NCBI GenBank assembly: GCA_951406725.2
Contig: OX597821.1
Location: 116,994,001 to 117,058,000 of the forward strand
Direction: 5' to 3'
DNA length: 64,000 nt
Source: Octopus vulgaris
Taxonomy: Eukaryota
Shown: piece after piece, positions 1-13,404 of the stretch
Numbering within the stretch: position 1 is the first letter of the stretch
Layout of the letters: each line of letters begins with the position of its first letter
The notes under the pieces: generated by a model
Databases searched by the model: none
What the model was told of the DNA's origin: nothing
The model's input: only the letters and a program-made list of their open reading frames with translations
Position numbers and translations under genes: made by a program

Positions 1-1041
1 AAAGAAATATATATTTGTGTGTGTACATATATGAGTATGTATACGCGTGCATGTATGCATAGGGAGAGTGCTTAATTTATAGGCAGAAATTTCAGTGTAC
101 ACAATATTAAATGTGCTACATTTTATAAGAGAGAATTTGATATCAAAGACAAGCAATAACACCCCCCACTGGTTTCAACCAAACAACATTGATAATCTTC
201 ATAAAATATATCACATGATAAGATATACATGTGTGATATGAGTTCTGACATTTGTAGTAAGGTCCTTGCTTATATCTCAGAATGTACCATATTTGAATCA
301 TCAGAAGTTAATTTTTTTTTTTCCTGGGACACAAATTTATTACTGAATATTATTAATCATTTTCTTTCTCAATGTTAAAGAATACTGTTTTTTTCTGAGC
401 AGTATATTTTTTTATCTCCTTCCTCGAATCTTTTGCTTACTGTAAGCAGCATTTTGTAGATCAATCTCAAAATCAGAATCTCAATCAAATTGAAATAAAA
501 AATGGAAATTGTAGTTGTGGCCGATACCAGTGCTGTACTGTTCATGGGTGGGTCGTTGCTAGTGCTGCCTGACTGGCTCCCATGCTGGTAGCACGCAATA
601 AACACTGTTCATGCGTGGGTTGTTCCCAGTTCCACCTGACTGGCTTACCATGCCAGTGACATGTAAAAAAAGAACCTTCCAAACGTGGTCAATGCCAGAC
701 ACCCCCCTCCCCCAGCCCTGACTGGCTCCTGTGTCGGTTGCATGTAAAAAGCACCATCTGAATGTGGCCAATGCCACTACTACTTGACTGGCTCCCGGCA
801 TGTAAAAAACACCATTCGAGCATGCTTGATGCCAGTGTCACCTGACTGGTTCCTGTGCTGGTGGCACGTAAAAGCACCCACTACACTCTTGGAGTGGTTG
901 GCATTAGGAAGGGCATCCAGCTGTAGAAACTCTGCCAGATCAAGACTGGAGCCTGGTGCAGCCATCTGGTTGCCAGCCCTCAGTCAAAACCGTCCAACTC
1001 AGGCTAGCATGGAAAACAGATGTTAAATGATGATGATGATG

Positions 1042-1072
<31 letters not shown>

Positions 1073-1524
1073 TCAATAATTAAGGGTGCTACAAGTGGCA
1101 TCAGCATGCTAAAAATAGCAGCCAGAAGATGACTACAACCACAAATTTTCACTGATACATATTAATTGAAGTTTAGAGATAATGAGGTGAAGGGTGGGGG
1201 TGGGGGGTTGTGATGGACAAAATCTAAATGATAAATACTAAGATAGTACAAATCTTCATATTCCTAATTCATAGAGAAAATGAATGCCATCAAAAAATTT
1301 ATCTATAAAAATTATGGTAAATTACACCCCAACCCCCACCTCCATCACTAACGGTCAGGAACAAAATAATGATAAAGACCAGAATTTTTTTTTTTTTTTT
1401 CTTGAAGAATTTTTCTCTATATATCATTTTAATAATTGTTGAATTGTTCCATAAAATGGTAATCGTTATCTTTTATACAGTGAATGCTTAGCCCTCTCCA
1501 GGCCTGACTTTCTATCTTGAAGAA

Positions 1525-1578
1525 ATGGTCTTTTGTTCAAGGGTGTGGCCCATATGTTTGGTCGGTTTCATCTTAACT
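1525..1578 (+). CDS. Candidate signal-peptide exon (MVFCSRVWPICLVGFILT) of the multi-LamG gene; linkage unproven
   Basis: Acceptor-like ttttatacag ends at 1480, ATG at 1525, hydrophobic stretch, then donor act|gtatgt at 1579. The donor is phase 0 while the next clear exon starts in phase 1, so an unseen exon would be needed. Confidence 0.25.
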
Positions 1579-2708
1579 GTATGTTTTTGCTATAATAAAA
1601 TAAGCCCAACTGAGCAAAAGTCCACCCTTGTTGAAGAAAAACACCCAAAAAACCATTTCCTGAATTGGTTGTCTTTTCTTTGTTTTGTTTTTAGTTTGAA
1701 TTCTTTATAAGAAAATTAATCGGATTTCAGTCCCTCCACCCATCTGAGTTTACATGATTTTGTATTTTTTTACGACCAGTTTTATCACAAACGATTGAAT
1801 GTGTATGCGTTGGTGTCCTTGATAGTACAAACCTGTTAGGCAACCAAACCAATAAACAAAAATAAAACTACATATCTACTACAATTATTTGTGTGTGTGT
1901 GTGTGTGTGTGTGCACGCGCTGATGCATAGGCTCATGCATGTGTGTGCAGGAATGTTCCACCTGCCTATGTGCATACATACAACTCTTCTATAATAAAAG
2001 CTGCTTAATTAGTTATGAGTATGTAATTTTTATTAAACATTAGCAATTTTTAAAGTCTACACTATCTAGAAAATTCTTAAAAATTCTAAATCTTAATATT
2101 TAAAAGAAATCAAAATGTGATTTTCATGTTTCTTTTATTATTGAAGATTTTGACTCTAAGATTCAAGCAGAAAACTAAATTTAATTTACTGCAAGATAGC
2201 GCTTTTAATATTACAAGACAGCCATTTTTTTTTTTTCACATTTTTCCACTTTGTCTTTTCTCTCTTTCAAACATTTCATGACAGTGACATAATTTGTAAA
2301 TATTTATGTTCTGTCTACACTTGTTCTAGTGATTTAAATAAACATATCCAACATACTTATTTACATAATTAAGTTGTATTCAAGAGAGCCTAATTGGCTA
2401 ATAATAGTCACGTGACTACTTTTCCTTAATTCTTTGATTGTATTAGTAATAATAATATGACTGCCGTGTCCTTAGGCTATGGATTTTGGATAGGTTATAA
2501 TTGTATAATTATATAATCTGAAGTATTTATAGAGCCACTGTTTTTTTGTTTTTTTTGTTCATAGGGGAAATATGAGATGTAGATGTGTCATATTAACCCA
2601 ATTATACGTATGTCACATTCTTTATCAAATAGTTATGTGAATTTGTATGCATCATTGAACATCTCTGCTTTGATATCTCACAATCTATTTATATATTTAT
2701 TTAATATC

Positions 2709-2976
2709 GTGTACATTAGAACACATTAAGTGGCTTCCAAATAGGAAAGCCTTGTGCTAGAAAGAGCAGTAGAAAACTCAAACCACTAATTATGGATAAA
2801 TTCTTGAAAAGATTGAAAATTAAAAACGTTTACCATCTAATTTAGTTCCTAGACCATGGTTTCTAACTCATTCTAGTAAATGAATTTATCCATAATTAGT
2901 GGTTTGAGTTTTCTACTGCTCTTTCTAGCACAAGGCTTTCCTATTTGGAAGCCTCTTAAAGTGTTCTAATGTACAC
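2709..2976. repeat. About 95-bp near-perfect inverted repeat with 78-nt spacer
   Basis: gtgtacattagaacac...ggataaattc (2709-2803) versus gaatttatcc...gtgttctaatgtacac (2882-2976). Confidence 0.9.
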
Positions 2977-4297
2977 AGTATTTTTATGTGAATAATATAT
3001 AGTCTATTGACATTTTTTTTTTTTTTGTGCTAAGCCACTGGTAATAATAATTTCTATAATTCTTATTCCCCTAATATTATTTATTATGTTTATATATTTA
3101 TTTAGCTGTCTATAAATTTAGAGTGAATACTTGATAAGTGTAAGCACCTGTATACGCCAGGTAGTGGCAGAGGTGAGAGAGAATATATCAAATAAAATCA
3201 AGTTTATGCGCAACTGGGAGAATTCGACACAATACCCTTCAACTCCTGAATTCACATCAAGCATCTTGCAAACCAAATACAAAAACAAAATTATATTTAA
3301 ATTTTTTATTTCTTTTTGAAGATTTACATTTTCAATTAACTTTGAGAATTTGTCTGGGGCTATGAGCAAAGGGCCAGTGCTGGTACCACATAAAAAGCTC
3401 CCATGCTGGTGCCATGTAAAAAGCACCCAGTACACTCTGTAAGGTGGTTGGTGTTAGGAAGGGCATCCAACTGTGGAAACCATGCCAAAACAGACTATTG
3501 GAGCTTGGCACAACTCGCTAGCTTGCCAACCCATGCCAGCATGGAAAATGGACATTAAATGATGATGATGATGATGATGACATAATATATATATATATAA
3601 TAAAATAGAGAGGATCACTTAAATTGATGATGTATCACATTATCATAATCATCATCATCGTCGTCATCGTTGTCGTTTAATGTCTGCCTTCCATGCTGGC
3701 ATGGGTTGGATGGTTTGATTGTGGACTGATAAACCAGGAGGCCGCACCAGGCTCCAATCTGATCTGGCAAGGTTTCTACAGCTGGATGCCCTTCCTAACA
3801 CCAACCACTCCAAGAGTGTAGTGGGTGTTTTTCTACATGCCACCAGCATGGGAACCAATCAGGCAGCACTGGCATCAGCCATGTTTGGATGGGATGATGT
3901 ATTTTATGTGCCACTGGCACAGGAGCCAGTCAGGGCGAGGGGGCTGGCATCGACCCTGTTCAGATGGTGCTTTTTACATGTCACCAGTACGGGGAGCCAG
4001 TCGGGTGGCACTGGCAATAACCCATGCATGAATGGTGTTTCTGAAAAATATTTAGCAGTGCTACCTGATGGAATAATTTTGTAACTTTGTTAAACCAAAA
4101 GACAATTTCGTTAAACCAAAGAGCAAAAATAAAAATAGGGCTGCACCTGGAAGTGCTCAGGTGACACTGAGATGAAAGGAGAAATAAATTAAAAGGTATA
4201 ATGAATAAACATATCTATATATATATGTGTGTGTGTGAGTATCTGCAACATGTATAAAATATGCATTATCTTAACTGTTATCATTTTCCAATTTCAG

Positions 4298-4513
4298 TTC
4301 AACAACCAGCGAAATATTACCTTCCGATGGATGTATTTTCCAAGGGTCAGCTAGATCCGAATTCTGGACTGGACGCTACTGTTTCTGGATATCCCATTTT
4401 TGGACAGGGTGTTAAGAACAAGGCCCTGTATGTTCAGAACAGCCAATTCATTCGAATAAATGGCCTCACTCACCGTTTCGACTGTGTAATGGATCTTGAC
4501 CTGTGTCCTGACG
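4298..4513 (+). CDS. Multi-LamG-like extracellular protein, exon A (N-half of jelly-roll domain 1)
   Basis: ttttccaatttcag| acceptor, gac g|gtaagt donor, phase 1-1, 216 nt. Encodes QQPAKYYLPMD...GVKNKALY...DCVMDLDLCPD, which aligns to the N-halves of the later domain exons. Confidence 0.88.
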
Positions 4514-4542
4514 GTAAGTATTATAAATACAAATATTAGAAT

Positions 4543-4579
<37 letters not shown>

Positions 4580-4922
4580 TCTATGTATATGTATTTGGTA
4601 ATTAATACAACAAGCTTCTACCTACAAGCCAGTGATAGTACCATCTTGACCTGCTAGAAATAGCAACTGAATCTTTCCAATTGCTTTTTAAAAAATGAAT
4701 CAGAGGATACTTTGAATAATGTATCCCAACATGCATTGTGACTGGAAAAAATAGATGGGGTGGTCGTGACTGGGTTGCCTTTAACCATAGTCTATCTGCT
4801 CATTCAGAGACAAACTGAATCTAAGCAAAAACACATACCTATAATATAATAGTAATATGAATGTTAATTGCGAGAATTTACGAGTACATATAAGTGCATG
4901 TCTCCATAAATGTGTGTGTGTG

Positions 4923-4986
<64 letters not shown>

Positions 4987-5783
4987 GCATCATGCAAAAA
5001 AACAGTGAGAGGAAACTGGCAATGTTCTGCTTCAGTACAAATGTCACTCTCACACACACACACACATACACACACGCATGCACATACGCATGCACATACG
5101 AAAGGTCAGTCGCAAAACATCAGGTTCCTCTTCTATGCAATACACACAAACTTATCCAATCTCACAGATGTCTGTGTGTATATGTTTGTATGTTTGAGCG
5201 TGCTTTGTGACATTTGTTCTGCCCAAGTTGCACAGATGCTCCCTTATCACTCTCATCATCAAATATGCAGTGAACCAGTGATTGACAGACCGGAACCTAC
5301 TTTTCACTATCATTATTGTTATCAAAATGTAGCAGAAAATTGGGGTTATTTAATTAGTAGTACCCCTCCTCCAAAAACATTCATTCATATTACAAATAAT
5401 TACTTTTACTCATTACTTAATGAAGAAGACATAAATCAATTACAATGGAAGCTGCTTATTGTGATCACTTTGGGACAGATCCTTTTAGATCAAAGCTCCA
5501 CAACTTTTTCTTTTTGCTTGTGGTACTCTTATATCCTTTTCAAAATTTGGTGGCACACCTGAACAAAACGTATAGGGGAAAAATTTATATTCAGGCTACA
5601 CTGTGGCACACCTAGCATCGTCTCGTGGCACCCCAGTGTGCCATGGTATACCAGTTGTGAAGCACTGTTTTAGATGACAACAGGTTGATAACATTAGACT
5701 TCAAGTGGCGCTTGGTCATCTATGATGACAAGGATTCCAGTTGATCTCATCGACTAAACAGCCAGCTCATGAAATAAACATGC

Positions 5784-5937
5784 AAGTGGCTGAGCGTTCC
5801 ACAGACACACAGACCCTTAACATAGTTCTCAGAGAGAAGTGGCTGAGCGCTCCACAGACACACAGACCCTTAACATAGTTCTCAGGGAGAAGTGGCTGAG
5901 TGCTCCACAGACACACAGACCCTTAACATAGTTCTCC
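5784..5937. repeat. Three tandem 53-bp units inside a SINE tail
   Basis: aagtggctgagcgctccacagacacacagacccttaacatagttctc starts at 5784, 5837 and 5890. Confidence 0.9.
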
Positions 5938-7874
5938 ACCCAACTTTATGTTCCTAACACTAGCTGAATGATAACTAAGTTATTTTACTAAATTCTTCCT
6001 TTATATTTAAATTTAATTGAAAGAAGCACAGATCATCTCAACAGAAATATGGTAACAAAAGGGTTAAACTTAAGAATATCCTGTACATTTTTGTAACCAA
6101 CACTTTTTCTTGATAACAATAACCAATTGATAACATAATCTATGATAATAAGTGACTTCCACTGTATATAAATTGTTTTAATTGGTGTGTCTTCACCTCC
6201 TGTAGTTTTCTTTTTACAAGTTCCTCCCTGCCTTCTCTCCATCATCTCTATCTTGTATACAACACAGTTTATTGCATAACATTAACAGCCATGTATACAT
6301 TTCCACATTAGCATTCTTAAATTCACCATTAAGGAAATAAATCTTACAATAACAGAGTGGATACCGATAACAAATTCTTCAGCCTAAAAATAGTTTCTCC
6401 TCTGGAATCCCCAAATTTTTCTCTTGGAATCCTCAAATTCCTCCCCGGGAGGGTATATTTCCAAAGGTTAAATATTATTTGTTCTTGTATCTTCTGCTCT
6501 TTGACTCTAACTTATGAAAAGAAAAAGAATTAGTAACATTATTGTTCTTGCCAAATATTTGTTTTAAAACCCTGTGCTTGATCTCAAAAGTACAGCGTAA
6601 AAATATTGGTTTCAGGTTTTGGCACAAGGTCTGCAATTTTAAGGAAAGAGGTTTGGTTCAGCTGATTACATTGACCCAAATGCTCAGCTGGTACTTATTT
6701 TATTGACCCCAAAAGGATGAAAGGTAAAATCAATCAACCTTGGCAGAGTTTGAACTGAGACTGTTTATAAACAGGATTCCACACAGAAGAAGATAAGAAA
6801 CAACTAGAAACTCTGTTATTTTTAGATTGAAGAATTCACTAATTTCCATGAAATTTGTTTTAAATGATGTCTGCCAAGGCAACCTGAAAGAGAAGTACTA
6901 AGTACTGTCCTCTATTCTGAAAGAACCCTAAGAAAGATCCTTGAGATTCGAGGAGACTTGTTGTCACCAAACCTCAAAATAAAATTCCTGCTAATTAAAT
7001 CAGAATGTGCTAACTTGATGATAATAGCTGTTTGTAGGAAGATTGACATAACTCATCACAAAGATACATACACAATAAGAAGAACGTATTGTGATGTGAA
7101 ATAAAATAGAGGGTGACTCTATTTATTAAATCAAACAATCATCATCATCATCATCGTTTAACATCCGTTTTCCATTCTGCCATGGGTTGGACGATTTGAC
7201 TGGGGTTTGGCAAGCCAGGAGGCTACACCAGACTCCACTCTGATCTAGCCATGTTTCTACAGCTGGATGCCCTTCCTAACGCCAACCACTCCGTGAGTGT
7301 AGTGGGTGCTTTTTACATGCCACCAGCACAGGGGCCAGAGGAGGCTGGCAAACGGCCACGATCGGTTGGTGCTTTTACGTGCTACTGACACGGACGCCAG
7401 TCAGGCGGTGCTGGCATCTGCCACGTTCGGACAGTGCTTTTTACATGTCACCAACAGGGGTATTTCGACAATATGTCTGCCTTCTCTGTGTTCAAAATAG
7501 AAAAATGAAAACTACACAGAAATACAGAAATTCAAAATTTCAACTGGAATTCATTGCATTCCTTCTGAGACAAAACAATATCAAGTTTCATTTGTTCCTA
7601 ACTGGTTAAATCAGGAGGGGTAGGGGACAATAGGGAGAATGAAAGAGAACAGTTAATCAGAGAGTTTTGCATAAACCTGGTGGAATTCTCTTCTTGTCAT
7701 TTTGTTCATTATTCCAGGGTGTGAAACTAGTAAACTCATAAACATGAACATAAATATAAATATATTTCTGAGTTTCTAGTGTCACGCCCTGGAGGGAGGA
7801 ACAAAAGAACTGGAGAATTCCATTGGATTTATACAAAACCATTTTTGAGTAACTGTTCTCTTTCCTCTCCTCTC

Positions 7875-8152
<278 letters not shown>

Positions 8153-8360
8153 GTTTTGGTATTTTTCCTCGTTTTAACCAGTTGCAAATGAACAAAACTT
8201 GATGTCATCCATACTGTCTTGCAGAGAATGCAGGATAGGCTAGCTGGAATTTTTTAATTTCTTTATTTGAACCCAAAAAAGATAGATAGATATACTGTTG
8301 AAATATAGCTCAACAAACACAACCTATGTTTTATTACATATCACCTTGCACTCTTTTAAT

Positions 8361-8413
<53 letters not shown>

Positions 8414-9072
8414 CCTTTCTACTAAAGACAAAAGCCTGAAATTTGGCAGGAGGGGACTAATTGATTACACCGACCTCAGTGTTTTACTGGTACTTAATTT
8501 ATCAACCCCAAAAGGATGAAAGACAAAGTCAACCTTGGTGGAATTTGAACTTGGAATGTAGCAACGGGGGAAAAAATATTGCTAAGCATTTCATCCAGCA
8601 TGCTAACGATTCTGCTGGCTCACCACCTTAATAATAATAATAATAATATTAATAACGATTTTATTTATTGGTCACCAGGGCGAAGGATGAGGGGGAACAA
8701 TACAAAGACAGATATAAAGAGATGGGGTTTACATATAACGAAATGTTAAAATAATTAAATAAGTAACAAAAATAAACGTAAATATACACGGTGTACAACG
8801 AAAAGGAAGGGACATATATATAGTATACAAAGGTTTAAAGAAAAATAGTAGGGGTGGGTATGGTAGAGATGTAGCCCTTTTGATACAGGATGACCTTTGG
8901 GGATAATTAAGGAGACCCATTGTCTGAGATTCTCCCCCCCCCCCAGGAACACCAAGAGCAAGTGCCATCTCCAATTCCTTCTCTCCCACTCACAGGTCTA
9001 CGCTTAGAGAGGTACCATACATTCTTGCAATTTTCACAAGTTAATGATAATAATACTTTTTTTATTGGCCAT

Positions 9073-9390
9073 GTGGAGGTGCAATGGCCCAGTGGTTAGG
9101 GCAGTGGACTCGTGGTCGGAGGATCGTGGTTTCAATTCCTAGACCAGGCGTTGTGTGCGTTTATTGAGTGAAAACACCTAAAAGCTCCACAAGGCTCCGG
9201 CAGGGGGTGGTGGTTACCCCTGTTGTACTCTTTCGCCCCAACTTTCTCTCACTCTTTCTTCCTGTTTCTTGAGTAACGCTGTGATGGACTGACGTCCCAT
9301 CCAGCTGGGGGGAACAGAATACACCACAAAAACCGGGAAACCGGGCCCATGAGCCTGGCTAGGCTTGAAAAGGGCACATAAATAAAAAAA
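9073..9390 (+). mobile_element. tRNA-derived SINE with target-site duplication (related minus copy about 42005-42380)
   Basis: A box tggcccagtggttagg, B box ggtttcaattcc, A-rich tail, 12-bp TSD tttattggccat / tttattgaccat. Confidence 0.8.
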
Positions 9391-9402
9391 TTTATTGACC
9401 AT

Positions 9403-9870
9403 AAGGGCTGAAAGTAAAACAAAGAGGGATAATATAATGCAAGAGACAAGTGGGGTGTTGAACAATGCCATGTATACAATAAGTAACAAAAACAAATAAC
9501 AAAACAACTTAACAATAAAAATTCCCCCAAAAGGGAGGAGTTCCTCAAAGGGACAACTGCAGAACCTCACACAACCTGGTTATCCCAACCGTCAGGTTCA
9601 CCTCAGCAGGCACCTCTCTCCTTCTCAACTTCTCTGGTTTACAAACAAAAGTTCGGAGTAGGCCCGTTCACAAGGGTCATCTTTGCCACATACACTCACC
9701 TTCCAACAAATTTACTGGGACAGGGGCAGAGAACTTCCCTCTCTACCCTCACTTTCCTTTTCAAGTGGAACTTGGAAAAAGTCAATGAGGGCCGAAGAGG
9801 AAAGTATCTGTCTTTAGTCCTTTCAGTCTTATCCACGACACTACCTCCTTTGCCATTGCCACCTGACAGA
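9403..9870 (-). mobile_element. Probable non-LTR retroelement 3' remnant (clade uncertain, L1/Tx1-like)
   Basis: Frameshifted coding-like minus-strand text (VAMAKEVVSWIRLKGL...) followed by a T-rich 3' UTR; a similar tail is seen at about 8660-8900. Confidence 0.35.
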
Positions 9871-9899
9871 GGATAATGATAATAATAATAATAATAATG

Positions 9900-10220
9900 A
9901 GAAAATAAAGAAAAGTCGAGAGATATGACAGGTTAGCTTGGGAAGTTAAGCAGTTGTGGTAAATGAAAAAGGTAGTAATAGTACCAATAATTGTCAGAGC
10001 CCTGGGAACAGTGAGCAAAAATCTCGAGAAGTACGTGGAACAAATAGGGGCTGCAATAAGGGTGGAGCACTTGCAGAAAACAGCATGGTTTGGAACCGCT
10101 TGAATACTTCACAAGGTGCTCGAAAAGTAAGAGGTGTTACCTTAGTTCACTGGTAGTGAACAGCTGACACTGTAGCACATCTCCAGTATTAGAAGCTGTG
10201 CAAAGGCAATAATAATAATA
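9900..10220 (+). mobile_element. R4/Dong-like non-LTR retrotransposon 3' end (RLE domain remnant) within (TAA)n
   Basis: KVERYDRLAWEVKQLW*MKKVVIVPIIVRALGTV...LQKTAWFGTA*ILHKVLEK* then a short 3' UTR, with TAA repeats on both sides. Confidence 0.75.
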
Positions 10221-10451
10221 ATTCTTTCTACTAAAGGCACAAGGCCTGAAATTTGGTAGGAGGGGGCTGGTTGATTACATTGGCCCCAGTATTTGACTGG
10301 TACTTAATTTATCGACCCCAAAAGGATGAAAGACAAAGTCAACCTTGGCGGAATTTGAACTTAGAATGTAGCAACAGGAAAAAATACTGCTAAGCATTTC
10401 ATCCAGCATGCTAACGATTCTGGTGGCTCACCACCTTAATAATAATAAGAA

Positions 10452-10846
10452 CTAGCAGTATCACCCAGCGTTGCTCGGGCTTGTTTCAATCCCTTAGAAT
10501 TGGAATTTTTGAAAAGTAAAAATTTTGCATTATGTAGCTTGTTATTCTCTTTAAGTGAACATTTTTCTGGTTGAAATACACCGAAAAATGGCGACACAGC
10601 AGTCAAATAATCGTAAAAAATAGGGATTTTCATATAAAAAAAAAAGCACCTTTTTGATGTAAATAATTTTTGATGTTAACATGGTCCGATTTGAATTTTT
10701 TCTTCTACGGAAGAAAGAGCAAGCCTTCTTCTATCATACTCTCAATTTTGATCAACTTGCGCCGCAGGGTCTCGGAGGAGATAGTGTTAGTTGAAGGCTA
10801 CCAAACCTGCCATACACAGACAACTTCAGCTTTATATATAGAGAGA
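10452..10846 (-). mobile_element. Non-autonomous Helitron (same family as 58278-58666)
   Basis: Reverse-complement copy with TC...CTAG ends between A and T; the near-identical spurious ORF MKIPIFYD... occurs in both. Confidence 0.88.
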
Positions 10847-10941
10847 TAATAATAATAATAATAATAATGATAACAATAATAATAATAATAATAATAATAA
10901 TGATAATAATAAAACTGTTATGATTTTTCTCATTTTTACAG

Positions 10942-11391
10942 GTTACACAATTAGCATGTGGATGAGTTTCCGTAACCCTACATACAAAAGACGGCTCTTC
11001 ATGTCAAGTGGTGCCCATTTGGAAAATTCTCATGGAATTGCCATGTACTATCGTAAAGGAGTTTTGGAATTTGTATTCCGCAACAAAGCTGGCTTAGAAT
11101 GGACCGAGAAGAGTATGAACATTCTTCCTTACCATTGGTACCATGTGACAGCTACTTGGAGTAAATTACAAGGTTTAAAGCTCTACATTAATGGAATCAA
11201 CGCACATTCAAAATCCCAACCTCCCAAACAGAAAAAGGCAGCTGATAGTTCCCCTAATTCACAGCCAAGACATTTCTACATTGGATGTTCTGACACACAG
11301 TGCAGTAAGTCTGGCCAAGGTATCATTATAGTTGATGAGTTCCGGTTCTGGCCAAAATATGTTTCAACCAAAAGAGAACTCAGACATCTAG
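10942..11391 (+). CDS. Multi-LamG-like protein, exon B (C-half of domain 1)
   Basis: catttttacag| and cta g|gtaagt, phase 1-1, 450 nt. GYTISMW...WYHVTATWSKLQGLKLYING...FYIG...VDEFRFW are LamG-like/pentraxin motifs. Confidence 0.92.
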
Positions 11392-11592
11392 GTAAGTGAT
11401 CCTTATTTTGCTCTTATTAATGTTAAATTTACAAGTTGTTTTTCGTTTAGCTCTTTCAAGGAATTTTTTAAAAAATGATTGTTTGTCTTCAGCTTAACAA
11501 TTAGGTTAAAATTTTATTTGTTAATTCACAAAAATTTCTTTAACTATCAGAGGGCCTATTAATTCTAGGTGCTCATGTCATCTTTCTTTCTT

Positions 11593-12190
<598 letters not shown>

Positions 12191-12412
12191 ATATATATCA
12201 CTCTATCTTATATTTTCTTAGTTTAGAAACGTCCAGAAAGATGTAAAGACAATTTCTTGTTGGCTCGGATTTTTCTTCTTGTCTTTTTCCTTCTCAATCT
12301 CATCATTTCACCTGATCTTGCAATACTGTTTCAATGAAGGTAATTTATTATTTGAATTAAATGCTCCTTACACAGTTCCTCACCTCTACCCATCTCTTCT
12401 CTTCTCACTCAG

Positions 12413-13042
12413 GAGCCATTTTCCATTATAACCTGAATATGGATAAACAGCACCGAAACGAACTCGATGTGAAATACCTTGATGCTAAACTACACGACAA
12501 TGCAATGCTCTCGTTAGATTCCAAACTTGGTAAAGCTCTACACCTTGGTGGCAAAGGAGATTATGTGTCTCTGAAACACAAACGAGGTACCTGCCTGAAA
12601 GACACTTCCAAATGTATGTACGGTTTCATGATTTCAACATGGATTAAATTCAAGAACCTTTCTGGGAAACATTATTACATGTCAAGTGGACCCAAAGGAT
12701 TCACTATATATTCCGTGAACAACGAACTCTTTGCACAGGTAATTAATAACAACCAACTCTGGAAAGTGTGGACCAGTAATATCAAAACTGGAGAATGGTA
12801 TTTCTTAGAAGTGTCATTCCACATGAAGAGTGGTTTGTCCATGTATTTGAACCAGCGTCTTGTCGGTTCTCCTACAGTGTCTTCCCATAAGATTATTGGT
12901 TCCATCCAAGAGGATGAGATTTATATTGGTCAAAATATGGGAGCAATGTCATCAAGTATGTTTCCAGAAGTTGCTATTGACGAAATGGATATTTACCTGG
13001 CCGACCGCGATACTCTCATATTTATTGACTTCATACAACGAG
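12413..13042 (+). CDS. Multi-LamG-like protein, exon C (domain 2)
   Basis: cttctcactcag| and cga g|gtaagt, phase 1-1, 630 nt. CLKDTSKCMYGFMISTW, WYFLEVSF, IYIG, IDEMDIY. Confidence 0.93.
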
Positions 13043-13056
13043 GTAAGTCTCCGTCA

Positions 13057-13404
13057 TCTCTATATATTTAAACAGCAAAATGTCTGTCTGTGTGTGTGTG
13101 TGTGTGTGTGTCCTTTATACAAATCCACAATTCTTCAGTTAGAGTGTTCGCACTTTCTATGGTCATTTAAAACCGTCATGCATGTCTTTACATTTCCCCA
13201 GTCACCCCACAAACCCATTAAAAAATCAATAGAAGTGACTTTTTTGTGAATTTTCTATCCAAAACCCAATCAAAATACCCGAAACTTGCAACGCCAATTG
13301 AATGCCAGCTAGCTGTATGTGATTGGTCGGAGATTTAGACAGTACTCGTGTGTATGTGCGCACGGACGCAGCTGTATATGCATGCACTAGCACAATAGTG
13401 CTAG
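13057..13404 (+). mobile_element. Non-autonomous Helitron-like element (second family)
   Basis: A|TCTCTATATATTTAAA 5' end, internal (TG)n, terminal hairpin actagcac-aata-gtgCTAG|T. Confidence 0.65.

Noticed and set aside
3105-3290. Extra exon between the signal-peptide candidate and exon A
   Set aside because: Stops occur in all three frames after the tttag acceptor; no recognisable motif.
9073-9150. tRNA gene
   Set aside because: The A/B boxes belong to a SINE head followed by body, tail and TSD; no clean cloverleaf.
10436-10633. Duplicated small ORF MKIPIFYD... (also 58485-58676) as a gene pair
   Set aside because: Both copies lie inside the same Helitron family.
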